DNA of 64,000 bases from Squalus acanthias (taxonomy: Eukaryota): assembly GCA_030390025.1 (NCBI GenBank), contig CM059432.1:115942001-116006000 (forward strand), given 5' to 3'. The translations under genes and the position numbers were made by a program. The notes under the pieces were generated by a model. The model had not been told where the DNA came from and made no database searches. It saw nothing but the letters and a program-made list of their open reading frames with translations. Positions within the stretch are counted from its first letter, which is position 1, and each line of letters opens with the position of its first letter. Below are positions 36,490 through 50,465 of this stretch, piece after piece.

Positions 36490-39294
36490 AGTCCTCTGTG
36501 CCAGCTGTATTTGAACCACCACGGCAAATCAAAGACTGGCTACTGGGTGACAACGGTTATCCACTCATGACATGGCTCATGACTCCGGTCCGGAATCACG
36601 CACACGTGCACAGCAGGTGCACAATGAGAGCCATGCTGCTACAAGGAATGTTATAGAGCACACCATTGGCATCCTCAAGCAATGCTTCCACTGCCTGGAC
36701 TGCTCTGGAGGAGCCCTGCAGTACTCAGCTGAGCAGGTATCAAGATTTGTGGTAGTATGCTGCATGCTGCACAACCTCACAACAGCCCTTGCCACCACAC
36801 ATCAGGCGAGAAGGTGAGGAGCAGGAGCATGAGGAAGAGGAGGAGGCGGAGGAGGAAGTGTGACAGACAGTGGAGAGGAAGGGAGGATACAACGTAGACA
36901 GTTCTTTTCTGCCCGGACGCTACGTGATGAAATAATTAATGAGCGATACCAGTAATCTCAACCACACCTCCCCATTCACCAACAGTCCCACGCTCCTTAC
37001 CTTTCCTCTATCACTGACCATCACATCATCCTCTTTCCGACAACACAAAAATAAAAACCACCAGAAAATGCACGTTCCAATCCAAATTTATAAATTCACT
37101 CATGACATAATGCAAACAAAAAAAAATGAATCACCCTTGTGCATTCCCTTAGCGTCTGTCTTCTGTGTTGCTTTGCCTCTCCTGGTGCTCCTACGAGGTG
37201 CTTCCCCAGTGTCTGCAGCATGGCTGGTGGAAGGCTGCTGACCTCCATTTGAGGAGACGGCAGATGGCCTTGGAGGGTGACCTCAAACAGCTCTGGGCCT
37301 AGAAGGCTGGGCTTCAGACAGCATCATTTCATCCTGGACTGCAGCAGTCTGGGCTGGCTGGCTGACAGGCAACAGTAAGGGCACTGGCAGAGTGGCAGGA
37401 ATGGGAGCAGGAATGCTGTCATCCTTAGAGAGGAAAGCAGGTTTGTGCTCCATGGAGCCACTGCCACTCTCCCGGGGCGGCGCCTTAGCAATCCTAGTAA
37501 TCTGTTGGAGAACAGATTGATGGACTGCTGTGAGGCCCTGGAAGCCCCATTAAACAGTGGTATCCAGATATGATAGCAGCAGTCTGAGCTTGCAAGGCAG
37601 CACTCAGACTTTTAATGGAAGCTGTTTCTGCTGCAATGCAACCTGTGACATCAGCCATCAGACACTGCATCATGGTGGGTTCCACAGGTGTGCTGATGGA
37701 GGTGGCCACCCATTGCATGCTGGAAAGGATGGGCTCCAGGCTCTGCATAAAAGTCGTGTGTCAAGTTGGTGCTGGACTCCTCCATGCTCCTTGTCGTTGA
37801 GCGCAGGCTTTCTGGCAGGCTTTCCAATGCACCATCAGCCTTCTTCTACAGCCTGGCCCTTTGAAGTCCTCATCTGATTCCTCTGCAGCAGAGCAAGTGT
37901 GCGACCTTGACTTCCAGCGAGCTGGCACCTGCGCTATCCTTTCCCCCACTCTGGCTCCTGCGCACTTGTGCCCGGTGTCTCACCACGTGCAGATCCCTCC
38001 TCTATCCTAGCCTCTAAAATATGCGCAGTGTCAATATCTGAGCTGGTGGCTGCGACTGTAAGATCGAGTGACGGTGTCTCTTCATCTTCACTCTCTTCTT
38101 CCTCTTCCTCCACTGACTGGGAAGGCTCCAGTTCTTGGGTATCTGAAATGAAAAAGGGACAAGGCTTGGTTTGCGGTGAGGGGAAAGGAGAAAGTAAGAA
38201 ACATGTGCTTACACCATCTGAAGCTTCTAAGTCGGAAGAGATTAAGGGATGAGGGAGAAGTGGAATGACAGGAGGATTAGGTATGCAGATACCCTCATCA
38301 TCGATCGCTTCAGCCCCGCCAGTGGCCACGGCTTCAGTGATGCCCCTTCCCATGATGACCAGCACTGTCTCCTCCTTGGGGGTTAAAACATGCAGATGTG
38401 CTTGTCCTCCTCCTGTTCTTTGCTGCTGCCTGTTGTTATGCGCTACCATATTCTGCAAGAAGAAGGGAAGTGTGTCAGTGAGTGTCCTGCAATATGTTTG
38501 GGTGATGTGACTGTCATGGTTGAATAGCTGCCAGTGTGTGTGAGCTGTGAGGTGTGGGTGCGAGGCTTGCAACAGTGCTAAGTGTGTGAGGGTGAGGTAA
38601 AGCATATGAATTGAAGTGTTGAGTACTGATTGATAGAGATTGTTGATGGATGGGTGATGGGGTGTAGTGAATTGAGTAGTCGATGAGGCTAGTGATGCAG
38701 TTGGTAGGATATGCCATTTGAAGGTAAACTGACTGACCTTGACAACTCGTGTGCGATTGTTAAACTTCTTCCTGCACGGCTTCCATGTTCCTGGAGCAAC
38801 ATTCCTTGCATTGACCTCCACCGCTACTTGCTCCCACTGCCTCCTGAGCATGTGTCTGAAGGGCCTCTTGCCCCCCCCGCCCCCCTATGGATATAGGACG
38901 TCTCTCCTCCTTTCCACCTCTTCCACCAAGACCTCCAGTGCAGTGTCTGAAAACCTTGGTTCACGCTCTCTCGCATGTTCAGCCATTCCTCCAAGTGTCA
39001 CAGCACAGATTCAGCTTTCAAATGACTCCAGCCTCTTCTCACAGCCACAATGCCACAATGCACCTCCCCTTTAAGAGATGCAGGCTGCCTTTAAGTAGCG
39101 TTAGCCACTCGCGATATCGGGCCCCCTGCTGATGTGTGCAGCCAATGAACAGCACGGGTAGCGCTGGCTGCACGCAGCAATCATGTAAAGCAGCAGACAG
39201 CACCAATTTAACGTTCTGCCTGCAACACAATGAACGAGCGCAGGTTAATCGCGGTGCCCATGCCCGTTTTCTGGGGTTAGCCATTTTTTCCCCC
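36490..39294. mobile_element. Harbinger element H5, left-truncated
   Basis: Transposase C-half on + ([36 protein letters not shown]); spliced Myb-like gene on - (CRKKFNN; AHNNRQQQRTGGG); end ATTTTTTCCCCC. Confidence 0.85.
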
Positions 39295-40664
39295 ATCTCG
39301 GTAAGTCAATAGCATTTTTGTATTAAAGTATCATTCATTGATAAGAACAAAAATGACCTGTTTCAAAGTGAGTGAGTGAAGGAGATTTTGGAAAGAAACA
39401 TTCGTGTATTGAGGTAAATTAGTTTCGAGAGTTTTGAATTTAAGTCATAGAAAATTATACCTTGGAGAGAATAAAATGATACATTTGGATAGAAAACTGC
39501 TTAAAGGTATCAGGAGCATTACAATCCAAAAATCAATGTGCTTGTTCGGCTCTCTCAGACTGAAGCTCTAAATGTAACTAGGAGGCTATGTTTAGATGAA
39601 AGGTAAATGTCAGCATACACCCAGCTAAAGGAAATGGTTGTTGATAAGTGAAACAAAAAAATCTAGCGATCCTCACCATGGACTAGTCTGGTTTATATCA
39701 AAATGATAAAGTAATGTGCTTAGGTGCTTAAGGAAGGTTAAACACTTATTTGAATAGATCTTTAGAAAAATGTAAAAGAAAACAATACATTATTAATAGT
39801 AAGGTCTATCACTTTGAAGAAAACAATTGAGCCTTGACAGTGTTAACCCTTAGTTAGTTCCACGTTTCAATATCAAATATAGTGCACTAATCCAGCTGCA
39901 GAGCAAGGAAGCCCAGCCAGCCACACGTCTTTACATGCATGGCATAGTCATGCAATCAATTGTGCTGTTCTGGTAGATGCTGTAGATACATTGGACATAG
40001 CTCTATTCATCTGCAGCAATAGCGATACTTTCCTCTCTTCCTCATCAACATACTTCTGTACAAATACACTATCCTTGCTGCTTTGATGTATTTAAATCTT
40101 GACCTCTGGTTCTTGCTCAAGAACCCATTAAAGTTAACAATGGCAGACTGTGTTTTGGCTCAACACTGAGGGAGGATCGAGGCCATGGAGGGATTTGAAC
40201 ATGAGGATGACTATAGCAAGAGATGCTGGTGATGTGGGATGGGTGTGTCAGTGTTTTGGGGGAAGGAAAGAGATGGAAAGGTGCTTGGGGTGAAACCTGC
40301 TGTCGGAACACTGTGCTGGTGGGACAGCCCACGCCCTCGGTGCTGGCTTGATTTTTACCTTCTTTTAAGCTCCTGGTCTGCTGGAGTCTACTCCACTCTG
40401 CCAGCTTTTCCATTTCACACCTGCCTAACCTCTCACTACCTCAGCAAGCTGAGTTCTCTGTACCTCTTAAATGTCTTTTATTTCTTCCATTTTGCTTCTT
40501 CCTATTGTCTTATGTTAATATCACTTCAACCATTTAACAATCTAATTTTTCCAATTTATACATTTTACAAGTCGTTCTACTTCCTCTCTTGCATGCGCAC
40601 ATTTATGTGTGTGCATTTTCTTCCCCTTCCCTTTGTTCTATTGCTTTTTAAATGCTGTTCATCT

Positions 40665-40800
40665 GTATTTTTTCCCAGTTCTGGTGAAAGAGCTGCATCT
40701 GAAACATGCCTGTTCTCGCCACAGATGCCGACTGGAGTTGTTCCAGCATTTTCTGTTTTTGATTCAGATTTACAGCACCTGCAGTATTTGGCCCTTTGTT
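40665..40800 (+). mobile_element. Degenerate Penelope-like tail
   Basis: CCAGTTCTGGTGAAAG...CAGCATTTTCTGTTTTTGATTCAGATT resembles 12303-12440. Confidence 0.65.
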
Positions 40801-41664
40801 TATCACTGAATGCCAGTCAGAGAGGGGCATTCTGACTGAATTTTACCTTCCCTGACCCACTGGGCCCAATTGCAGCTTCCCTACTGCAGCTACTTCAGCA
40901 CAGGAAATATTTTGGCAACAGTCACAGATATATTTATTGCATTTGCACATTAGTTACTTAATAACATACAGGAAATGAAGAATTTCATAACAGCAATGGA
41001 CTTAAAGGGTTCAGGTAACACTGTAAGCCTTAAAGTGTATGTAGTTCATACAAATAATTCTGTGGGATTAAAGCCTGGAAAGTACTGTGATATTAGCATA
41101 CAGACACTTACTGCATGCATATGACATGGCTATGTCTATTATTTGAACAGGCATTATGGTTTAATGCCTCCAATAAAATAGTGCATAAGGTAACATTCTA
41201 CAAACATGCTTAATATCGCCAACAATAATATCCAGCCTTATGTTATTGTCTTTAACTCCCTCTGGGTATCCTTTTTATTTATTTTACATTGTTTTGTCAA
41301 TTTTGTGCCCATTGATGTGAGATGTGTCAATGCTGGGGAATACATTACTTTTGTTTCCGTTTCTGCATCAAATACTCCACGCTAGGTACAGCACAACTGA
41401 ATCCATTGGCTGTAGTTCGTTGGTTGTGAAGTATTTTGGGACATCCGATGATGTGACAGGCGCTACATCAATGTAATGCTTTGCTTCTAGATGCACAACA
41501 CAACTCCCTCTACTCTACCTGAACAATGGGGGTGAATGTTATCTGCCTACCATCCCATTCAAATCGGGGCTGTCGACAGACAATTTAAAAATAAATCTCC
41601 TGTCCATTGTCTGCCCAAGGCCCACCCGACTCGATTTTTGATCAGGGTCCTACGCTAGTCATGG

Positions 41665-41923
41665 GGCCTGACATAAGAAAACTACTAGGCACTTGGTCTA
41701 AGCATTAAACAAAGCTTTAATCAACTGTTTTACAACATGGAGATCTAGTTGTGTCCTTCACTAGTTCCTGTTAAAGAATGTCCTGAGCAAGCTGGGCCCA
41801 TGCCCGAGTATTTATACTCTCCCTGGACAGCGCCACCAGCAGGCCGCCCAGTATTATTTCCTAAGTCATTTCCACATGAATGACAAGATTCATGTCAGGG
41901 CCCAACGGCATTTTCATGTAACA
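41665..41923 (-). mobile_element. Possible short solo LTR
   Basis: Minus strand starts TGTTACA, with TATAAATA and ATTAAA; ATGGG flanks both sides, but the other end is imperfect. Confidence 0.35.
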
Positions 41924-42180
41924 ATGGGCAGGGTATGCGCCGTGCATGCTCCACCCATTGGCACTAGGCCTGAAGTGGCCTAAAGGGACGGCTGCAGGTT
42001 ACATACAAACATACGAATAATGACAGACAAGAAGAGACCCTTTGGTCCATCCAGCCTGTCCTATACAATTGTGATGCTTTGTGTATCACAATATATACAC
42101 GCTCCACCCCACCCAAAAACCATGTGATCTCCTAGATAAAATCCCAGACCAATTTGGGGGAAAAATATGCGAAATTCCTC

Positions 42181-42302
42181 TCCGACGAAAAGGTCATCGA
42201 CCTGAAACGTTAACTCTCTTTCTCTCTCCACGGATGCTGCCTGGCCTGCTGAGTTTTTCCAGCGTTTTCTGTTGTTATTTCAGATTTCCCGCATCCGCAG
42301 TC
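42181..42302 (+). mobile_element. Penelope-like pLTR fragment
   Basis: AGGTCATCGACCTGAAACGTTAACTCT... matches the other copies. Confidence 0.75.
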
Positions 42303-42398
42303 ACTATTCTCTGAGTAACGTACCTCCTGACATCTATCTAGATCTGGCATAAAACTTAAAATTGTGACACTTGGTCCTCCCTAACCTATTTAATTGGA

Positions 42399-42591
42399 CA
42401 AAAATGAGAAGTCGCACAACACCAGGTTATAGTCCAACAGATTTATTTAAAATTACAAGCTTTCGGAGCTGTCGCCCCTTCGTCAGGCAAAGTTACTTTG
42501 TAATTTTAAATACATCTGTTGGACTATAACCTGGTGTTGTGCGACTTCTCATTTTTGTCCACCCCAGTCCAACACCGGCATCTCCGCATCA
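42399..42591. mobile_element. Foldback element (second Penelope-like family, inverted pLTR) with a minus-strand hammerhead core
   Basis: ~63-bp inverted arms 42396-42458 / 42498-42560; 12-bp TSD TATTTAATTGGA. Confidence 0.75.
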
Positions 42592-44049
42592 TATTTAATT
42601 GGAATAAACTATCAACTCAAACACAATCTATTCCTTTCATTATCTTATAAACCTCAATCAGATCCCCCCTAAGTCTATGCTTGTCTAAGGTGTACAGTCC
42701 CAACTCTTTTAGCCTATCTTGATAACTAAGATGCTTTAACCTGGAAATTCGTCGAGTGGCCCGCCTCTGCACCTTCTCAAAGCCTCAATATCACCCACCA
42801 TGTGAGGAGACCAAAACTGGACACAGTATTCTAACTGAGGCCTGACCACGGTCTTATACAAGGACAAAATAGTGTGCTTTGTCTTATAGTCAATTGTCCA
42901 ATAAATGCACCCCAACACCCTATTTGTTGTAGCTATCGCTTCACGGCATTGCTCAGGAACCTTTCGAGATCTATATGCTAGAATGCCCAGATCTTTTTCT
43001 TACTCCACCTGCTTTAATGCTCTCCCTGACATCCTCAATCTATGGGTCCTTCATTGTCAATATTACTCCCGGTGGCTAATCAGTTAAAATGTACATAATG
43101 TATAATCCATCCACTAAGATCCATTTCAGTTGATGTGGGAAGTGGAATAGGGCTACCACAATATGTTGGTGAGAAAATATCACTGTTAATCTAGAAATCA
43201 GGAGCTTGCGTTTCATGGGTGCTCATTCCTTGCTGTACTAGAGTGGACTGATCTGAAAAATAAAGTGATTTCGCATCTTAAATGAGCTCTGTTTAAATTT
43301 TCTTTAATAATGTGCCCTTAAATGTACTGCTTTGAAATTACTGAGAAATGATGCTGGAATTGATTTCTTTAATGATTACATTCAGTCTAGCTGGAGTGAC
43401 AGATATGTCAGTGAGCCCCATTGTGCTTGTTTCAGTCCCAGGCGCTGTGTTGAAATGTCAGCCAGGCTACAAGTAGAAGGAACATTCAGTTGCTTCGTCT
43501 GCCAGTAGGAATAATATCAGCCTCACCACACACACACACGGTTTTAGACTTTTAAAATGAAAGGAATTCTACCATAAATCAATTGTTTTGAAATGGGCAT
43601 GAGTATGCACAGGAGAGATTGCACAGGAGGGGTCCCTCCAACCTAGTAACTCTCGGAGAATAAAAATAATTGATGTATAGAAAATGCAAAATGTGATGGT
43701 TTATTTCCCCAGTTTTCCACAGAAATATGACTCAGCTGTCTGAGAGCTCGTGCACACCATTGGATTACATCCCCCTCATTTATCAGCATTTAAATAAAGG
43801 TGCATATTTAAAGAAGCCATATACTTTTTAAAATTGGTATTTCAAGACTATTTTGTGTATTAAGGTGAGGGATGTCATTGCTATGAAATAAACACTTTCT
43901 GGCTGTAGTATCAGCATCGAGCGTTCAGAAGTCAGATGTAGCTTGATCCTTTGAAACCACACTTGATTTTCCAATGGAAATAAAATCATGTAACATGTAA
44001 ACGGGGTTGCCGCTTCGTCATCGACCAAGACCACTTTCACTCCAGCATG

Positions 44050-44640
44050 CCTGAAAGGGTGATCACTTTGCTGAACACCTTCGTTCAGTCCACAAGCGTG
44101 ACACTGAGCTTCCGGTCGCTTGCCATTTTAATTCTTCGTCCCACTCCCACTCTGACCTCCCTGTCATCGGCCACCTGCACTGTTCCAACGAAGCTCAACA
44201 TAAGCTCGAGGAACAGCACCTCATCTTTCAATAAGGCACTTTACAGCCTTCTGGACTCAACACTGAGTTCAACAGTTTCAGATTATAATCTCTGCCCCCA
44301 TTTTTTCAGACAGAAGGTGGTGGTAATGGTTCTGCTGTTGCCATTTACAGTTTCTCCAGACCCATCTTTTGTTTCTTGCCCCATTTCCACACCCTTTTGC
44401 ATCGCACCATCATCCCTTTTGTCATTTAATCTCTCCTGCCTTCCACCCTATCACAGACCTTCCCTTTTGTTCTTTCCTCCCCTCCCCCTTTCCCTGCCTC
44501 TGCACTTGCTTAAAACCTGTTACATCTCTAACTTTTTCCAGTTCTGACGAAGGGTCATGGACCTGAAACGTTAACTCTGTTTCTCTCTACATGGATGCTG
44601 CCTGACTTGCTGAGTATTTCCAGCATTTTCTCTTTTTATG
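44050..44640 (+). mobile_element. Penelope-like element 3' end (GIY-YIG C-terminus plus tail)
   Basis: One frame reads LPVACHFNSSSHSHSD...LEEQHLIFQ*GTLQPSGLNTEF, typical of PLE endonuclease ends, followed by the shared tail. Confidence 0.85.
44540..44576 (+). ncRNA. Minimal type I hammerhead ribozyme motif
   Basis: AGTT-CTGACGA-[GGTC/GACC stem II]-GAAAC-GTT-AACT; stem I AGTT/AACT; palindromic ACGT stem III. Confidence 0.65.
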
Positions 44641-45226
44641 GTAGCTTGACCCAGCTTTGTACACTCTGCTTGAATTATATGCTTTAACATTAACCGCAGA
44701 AAATCTTTACATTTTTTGGACACAAGTTTAATTTTCATGAAATTGTATTCTTGATACTGTTACATACAGGGAACCCTGAATGATAACCCACTAGCTTCTT
44801 TTACATGTTGACAGACCTTCTGTTTATTCCAGCCTTTTCTGCTTCAATTGTAAACATTGAGCATGTGATATGGTGTAGAACACTCAGCAGTGTACGCTTC
44901 AAATAGGGCAGAACAAAAGTTATTAAAAGGGGTAAAATTGGTTTTGGCTGGAAGCACAAAACGGTAATAGCAAATTAGTAGCCATTTTACACCCCACCTG
45001 ATTTACTTTCCCAAATATCATGGGGGGGGGGAAATTATGTCACATGTAAAATGGCCTGCTGATTCGTTATCGACCAAGACCACTGTCACTCTAGCATGTT
45101 TGAAAATACTGGGGTTAGATTTTCAACTCGCTGCTCTGGTGCCGAATGACCGCCTGCTATGGAAACTGCTCGATTCCCCTTCCACTGCTCTAGGACAGTT
45201 ACTGACTGAATCACTGTGATGGGATT

Positions 45227-45555
45227 TAAGAACATAAGAATTAGGAGCAGGAGTCGGCCATACGGCCCCTCGAGCCTACTCCGCCATTCAATAAGATCAT
45301 GGCTGATCTTCGACCTCAACTCCACTTTCCCGCCTGATCTCCATATTCCTTGATTCCCTTAGAGTCCAAATATCTATCGATCTCAGCCTTGAATATACTC
45401 AAAGACTCAGCATCCACAGTCCTTTGGGGTAGAGAATTCCAAAGATTCACCACCCTCTGAGTGAAGAAATTCCTCCTCATCTCAGTCTTATATAGACGAT
45501 CCCCTTATTCTGAGACTGTGACCCCTTGTTCTATACTCTCCAACCAGGGGATAAA
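45227..45555 (-). mobile_element. CR1 3' tail fragment
   Basis: AAGAACATAAGAA tail; reverse complement of the CR1 3' UTR. Confidence 0.85.
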
Positions 45556-45999
45556 CCACTCACTAATCTTATTAAAAATAACCTGCCTGGAACATCAGAA
45601 GTTAAAGAAATTCGAATATTGTATGTGTAAATGTAAACCTGGTATATCAATAACATTTAGAAAGAACGGAAGAATAGATATTCAGAACATCGAATTAATT
45701 TGAAAAGGCTTAAGAGAACCAAACCTAAAATATCCCAACTGGTAAAAAAAAATGTAACATGGTGACTAGATGTTATGCTGCCGTTCAGACCTTATACTCT
45801 GAAACCACCAATCATAGAGCATCAACATTTTCCTTTGGTATTAAGTTATTCGTCGATGTCTGGGTGAAATAGTGCAGTTGTTTAGCAGCCAGTTTATCAA
45901 AATGATAAAAGGGATCCGTCAATCTCCAGACTGTACCCCCCCCCCCCCCCCCCCTGCTCACTTCAAAGTATGATGCATGAACTAAGTTTGGGACTGAAT

Positions 46000-47000
46000 T
46001 ACCTAGAAGACTACATCAAGAGTATTCTTGGCAACTGTAGCACACCAGCGACCACTGCAGAGACAGCGCAGCATGCGAGGACCACAGCGATTCCTCCCTT
46101 CCGGACCCGTCTCAGGAACCGGGGCACAATTCTGGATATCTCCCCAGCACCAGCCACGCACCGCCACTCGAAAACTCTGTCTCCCTGTACTTGAGGAACG
46201 GGGAGGTTGTCCTGGTGGAAGTGAGCCCAGTGCTGTTGCTCGGGCGATCGGGGACTTCAGACAAGCGCTGTGTGTGTGTGTGTGTGTGATGTGCGTGTTC
46301 CTCCTGTTTTCTTTTCATTCTTGCTGCTAAAATAATCTCTGCCCGGGCGAATGAGACAGTTTGCATGCGTTTGCTCAACAGCCTAAGTAGCCGGTGCTTG
46401 TTCAGTGTCAATCCGGCCTTTCCAAACGGAATGCGGATGATGCTCAAAAGAGTTGCTGGAATAAACAGCAGATTGCAAGTCGCAGCGCAGCTCAAAGCCG
46501 AGCTTTGCATTTTGGAGAGAGAGGGAGAGTTGCGGGGAAAGGCAGTGAGCTGCTGGGCTAACCCGAATCCTGACCCTCCCCATAGTCCGGCTGCCCTTGA
46601 ATTACTGTTTAAAGTAACTGACACACATCCGACGAGCGCAGACTTAAATGCAAACAGACCGCCTTCTCGACAAAGCAAAGCTAGCCCACGCAGCGCTACT
46701 TACTGCAACACACAGGCAGGGAGCCCTGCTCCACCGCGCCGGGCTCGCTGGGGACCAGGGGCAGAGGCGCATCCGTGTCCGTGTTGGCAAGCCAGGTTGA
46801 TTCGGTTTCTCTGGTCCAGCTCTCGTAGTACCTGGGCTCGATAGTATCAGCCCGGCTTCCACCACAACCCATCCTGCGATTCCTCCCTCCTCCCTCCCCC
46901 CCAAACACAGCTTATTCCAATCTGCAGCTCCAACCAGGACCAGCAGTAGAATCTTTCTCGTCTCCCGGCTCAGTGAGGTGGGCCGAATTAGGGCACGGCT
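46000..47000. promoter_or_regulatory. CpG-rich non-repetitive island, possible promoter or first exon
   Basis: Visibly high CpG content without TIRs; minus-strand donor-like sites GTAAGT (~46700) and AG|GTAATT (~46002); (TG)n at 46269-46288. Confidence 0.35.
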
Positions 47001-47321
47001 AGTTTATCCGCTGACAAGCCCAGGGAAATCATGATGTGTCTGTTTTTTTTTGTTTTGTTTGAACCCTGAGAACTATTGTGGTGCAGGAGTGGCTGGAGGC
47101 TCCTCAACACGTTTCTGCTGTCTCTCAATCTCAGCTGCTTTGACGTCAGGGATTGCGTGCTCACCAGGCAAAGCCAAGCAAAGAGAGACATCTCCAGCCA
47201 CTGGAATCAAGCACTTACTGGCAATCACATTCTTGTAGGGAGCAGTAATTACAATAGGCATTGCGATTTCACTGATGCATTTTCTACTGGGAATTGTAAC
47301 AATAAAATCTATTTGCTGGAA

Positions 47322-47550
47322 ATGAGAATGTGGAACTCGCTACCACAGGGAGTGGTTGAGGCGAATAGTATAGATGCATTTAAGGGGAGGCTAGACAAAC
47401 ATATGAGGGAGAAGGGAATAGAGGGTTATGCAGATAGAGTTAGATGAGGAAAGACGGGAGGAGGCTCGAGTGGAGCATAAACGCTAGCATGGACTGGTTG
47501 GGCCGAACGGCCTGTTTCTGTGCCGTATATCCTATGTAATCCTATGTAAT
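47322..47550 (+). mobile_element. Short CR1 3' end
   Basis: MWNSLPQGVVEANSIDAFK; tail (CCTATGTAAT)2; GAAAT on both flanks. Confidence 0.85.
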
Positions 47551-47576
47551 GAAATAATAGTTTCTGTGCTGTAATA

Positions 47577-50465
47577 AAATGCGAGAAGCATCAGGAACAA
47601 GGTAGATGAATTAGCTGTGGAAATAGAGGTTAATAATTATGATCTAATTGGGATTACGGAAACATGGTTGCAGGGTGAGCAGGGCTGGGAGCTTAACATA
47701 CAGGGGTATTCAGTATTTAGGAAGGATCGACAAAAAAGAAAGGGAGGAGGGGTAGCATTGCTGGTAAAAGAGGGGATAAATGCAATTGAAAGGAAGGATA
47801 TTAACTCAGTTAATACAGAATCTATATGGGTGGAGCTAAGAAATAGCGAGGGGCGAAAAACATTAATAGGAGTGGTATATAGGCCTCCAAATAGTAAAAT
47901 AGAGGTTGGGGAGGGCATCACGAGGGAAATTAGAGAAGCGTGCAATAAGAGCACAGCTGTCATCATAGGTGACTTTAACTTACATATAGATTGGACTAGC
48001 CTAATCAGTAAAAATAATGAGGAGGAGGAATTCCTTGAGTGTTTAAGGGATGGTTATCTGGATCAATATGTCGAGGAACCAACTCGGGAACAGGCTATAT
48101 TGGACTGGGTACTGTGCAATGAGAAGGGACTAATTAGTAATCTGTTGTACGGGGACCCTTGGGTCAGAGCGATCATAACATGATCGATTTCTCACTCGAA
48201 ATGGAGAGCGAAGAAATTGACTCAGAGACTAAGGTCCTGAATTTAAACAAGGGGAATTATGATGCCATTAGACGGGAACTGAGTAGGTCTGATTGGACAA
48301 CGTTCCTGGGAGGACTGGAGGTAGATAAACAATGGCAAGCATTTAAAGATAGAATGACAAAATTGCAAAAATTGTTTATACCAATCTGGCATAAAAGGAA
48401 ATCTAAAAAGGTGACTCAACCGTGGATAACAGGGGAAATTAGAGACAGCATAAAATCCAAAGATAGGGCGTATAAAATAGCCAAAAAAAGCGCCAGAGCG
48501 GAAGATTGGGAACAGTTTAAGATAGAGCAAAGGAGGACAAAGGGCTTAATCAAGAGGGGCAAAATAGCTTACGAAAGCAAGCTGGCGGAAAATATAAAAA
48601 CTAACTCCAAAAGCTTTTATAAGTATATCAAGAGGAAAAGACTGGTGAAAACCAAAGTTGGTCCATTGCAGTCAGATACGGGGGAATATATAACGGGAAA
48701 TAAGGAAATGGCAGACCAACTAAATGCATACTTTGGGTCAGTCTTTACGAAGGAAGACACAAAAAACCTCCCTGGGATATCGGGAAAAATAGGGACATTG
48801 GCAAAGGAGGAACTGACGCAAATCAATATCTCTAAGGATATGGTGTTAAGGAAGCTAAAGGGATTGAAGGCGGACAAATCCCCAGGGCCTGATAACATGC
48901 ATCCTAGGGTACTGAAGGAGGTGGCCCTAGAGATAGCGGATGCACTAAGTATGATTTTTCAGAATTCATTAGACTCGGGAACAGTGCCCATGGATTGGAG
49001 GGTAGCTAACGTTACCCCACTATTCAAAAAGGGGGGTAGGGAAAAAACAGGTAATTACAGACCTGTAAGCCTTACATCAGTTGTGGGCAAAATGCTGGAG
49101 TCCATCATTAAGGATGAAATAGCGGAGCACTTAGCAAATGGGGACAGGATAGGACAGAGTCAACATGGATTTACAAAGGGTAAATCGTGCTTGACTAATC
49201 TATTGGAATTTTTTGAGGGAGTAACTGGTAAAATAGATGGGGGGAGAGCCAGTAGATGTGGTGTACCTGGACTTCCAAAAGGCCTTCGACAAGGTCCCAC
49301 ATAAAAGATTAGCATGGAAAATTGAAGCTCATGGGATAAAGGGGAAAGTATTGACGTGGATAGAGAACTGGCTGTCAGATAGAAAACAGAGAGTTGGAAT
49401 AAACGGCTCATTTTCTGAATGGCAGGCAGTAACAAGTGGGGTACCGCAGGGATCTGTCCTGGGTCCCCAGCTGTTCACAATTTACATTAATGACCTGGAT
49501 CAGGGAGTCGGATGCAGCATTTCCAAATTTGCAGACGACACTAAACTAGGAGGGGGGGTGGGCTCAGAGGAGGAGACCAGGAAGCTCCAGAGCGATTTGG
49601 ACAGACTGGGTGATTGGGCGGATAAATGGCAGATGCACTATAATGTGGACAAGTGCGAAGTTATCCACCTTGGGTGCAGGAACGGGAGGGCAAATTATTA
49701 TTTAAATGGCAATAAATTGGGAGAGGGGGAAGTACAGAGAGACCTGGGTGTTCTTGTACACCAGTCACTGAAGGCGAGCATGCAGGTGCAACAGGCGATC
49801 AAGAAGGCAAACGGTATGCTGGCCTTCATAGCAAAAGGGTTGGAATACAGGAACAGGGATACCTTGCTGCAGCTGTACAGGGCACTGGTGAGACCACACC
49901 TCGAGTACTGTGTACAGTTTTGGTCGCCTCATCTGAGGAAAGATGTTCTTGCCATGGAGGGGGTGCAGCGGCGATTCACCAGGCTGATACCAGGAATGGC
50001 GGGATTGACCTATGAGGAGAGACTATGTAGTTTAGGGATGTACACACTGGAGTTTAGAAGATTGAGAGGGGACCTCATAGAAGTGTATAAAATTCTGACA
50101 GGTCTAGACAGACTAGATGCAGAAGGAATGTTTCCCTTGGCGGGTGAGAACAGAACTAGAGGACATAATTTAAGGATAAGGGCTAAACCATTTAGGACAG
50201 AAATGAGGGGGAATTTCTTCACTCAGAGGGTGGTGAACCTGTGGAACTCATTGCCACAGAGGGCAGTGTACGCCAGCTCACTAAATATATTTAAGAGGGA
50301 ATTAGATATATTTCTACAGGCAAAAGCGGTTAAGGGTTACGGAGAGAAGGCGGGGACGGGATACTGAATTGAAGGATCAGCCATGATCTCATTAAATGGC
50401 GGAGCAGGCTCGAAGGGCCGGATGGCCTACTCCTGCTCCTATCTTCTATGTATCTATGTATCTAT
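47577..50465 (+). mobile_element. CR1 LINE ORF2, nearly complete, two frameshifts
   Basis: ORFs 47617-48183, 48159-49304 and 49237-50367 cover APE plus RT; tail (CTATGTAT)n. Confidence 0.95.

Larger units (their letters stand above)
42000..43050 (-). mobile_element. Old CR1 3' region carrying two Penelope insertions
   Basis: LYKTVVRPQLEYCVQFWSP; tail (ACAT)-type repeats at 42000. Confidence 0.8.

Noticed and set aside
46112..46844. Overlapping 188-aa and 159-aa ORFs as genes
   Set aside because: No recognisable domain; one runs through a (TG)n tract; such ORFs are expected by chance in GC-rich DNA.
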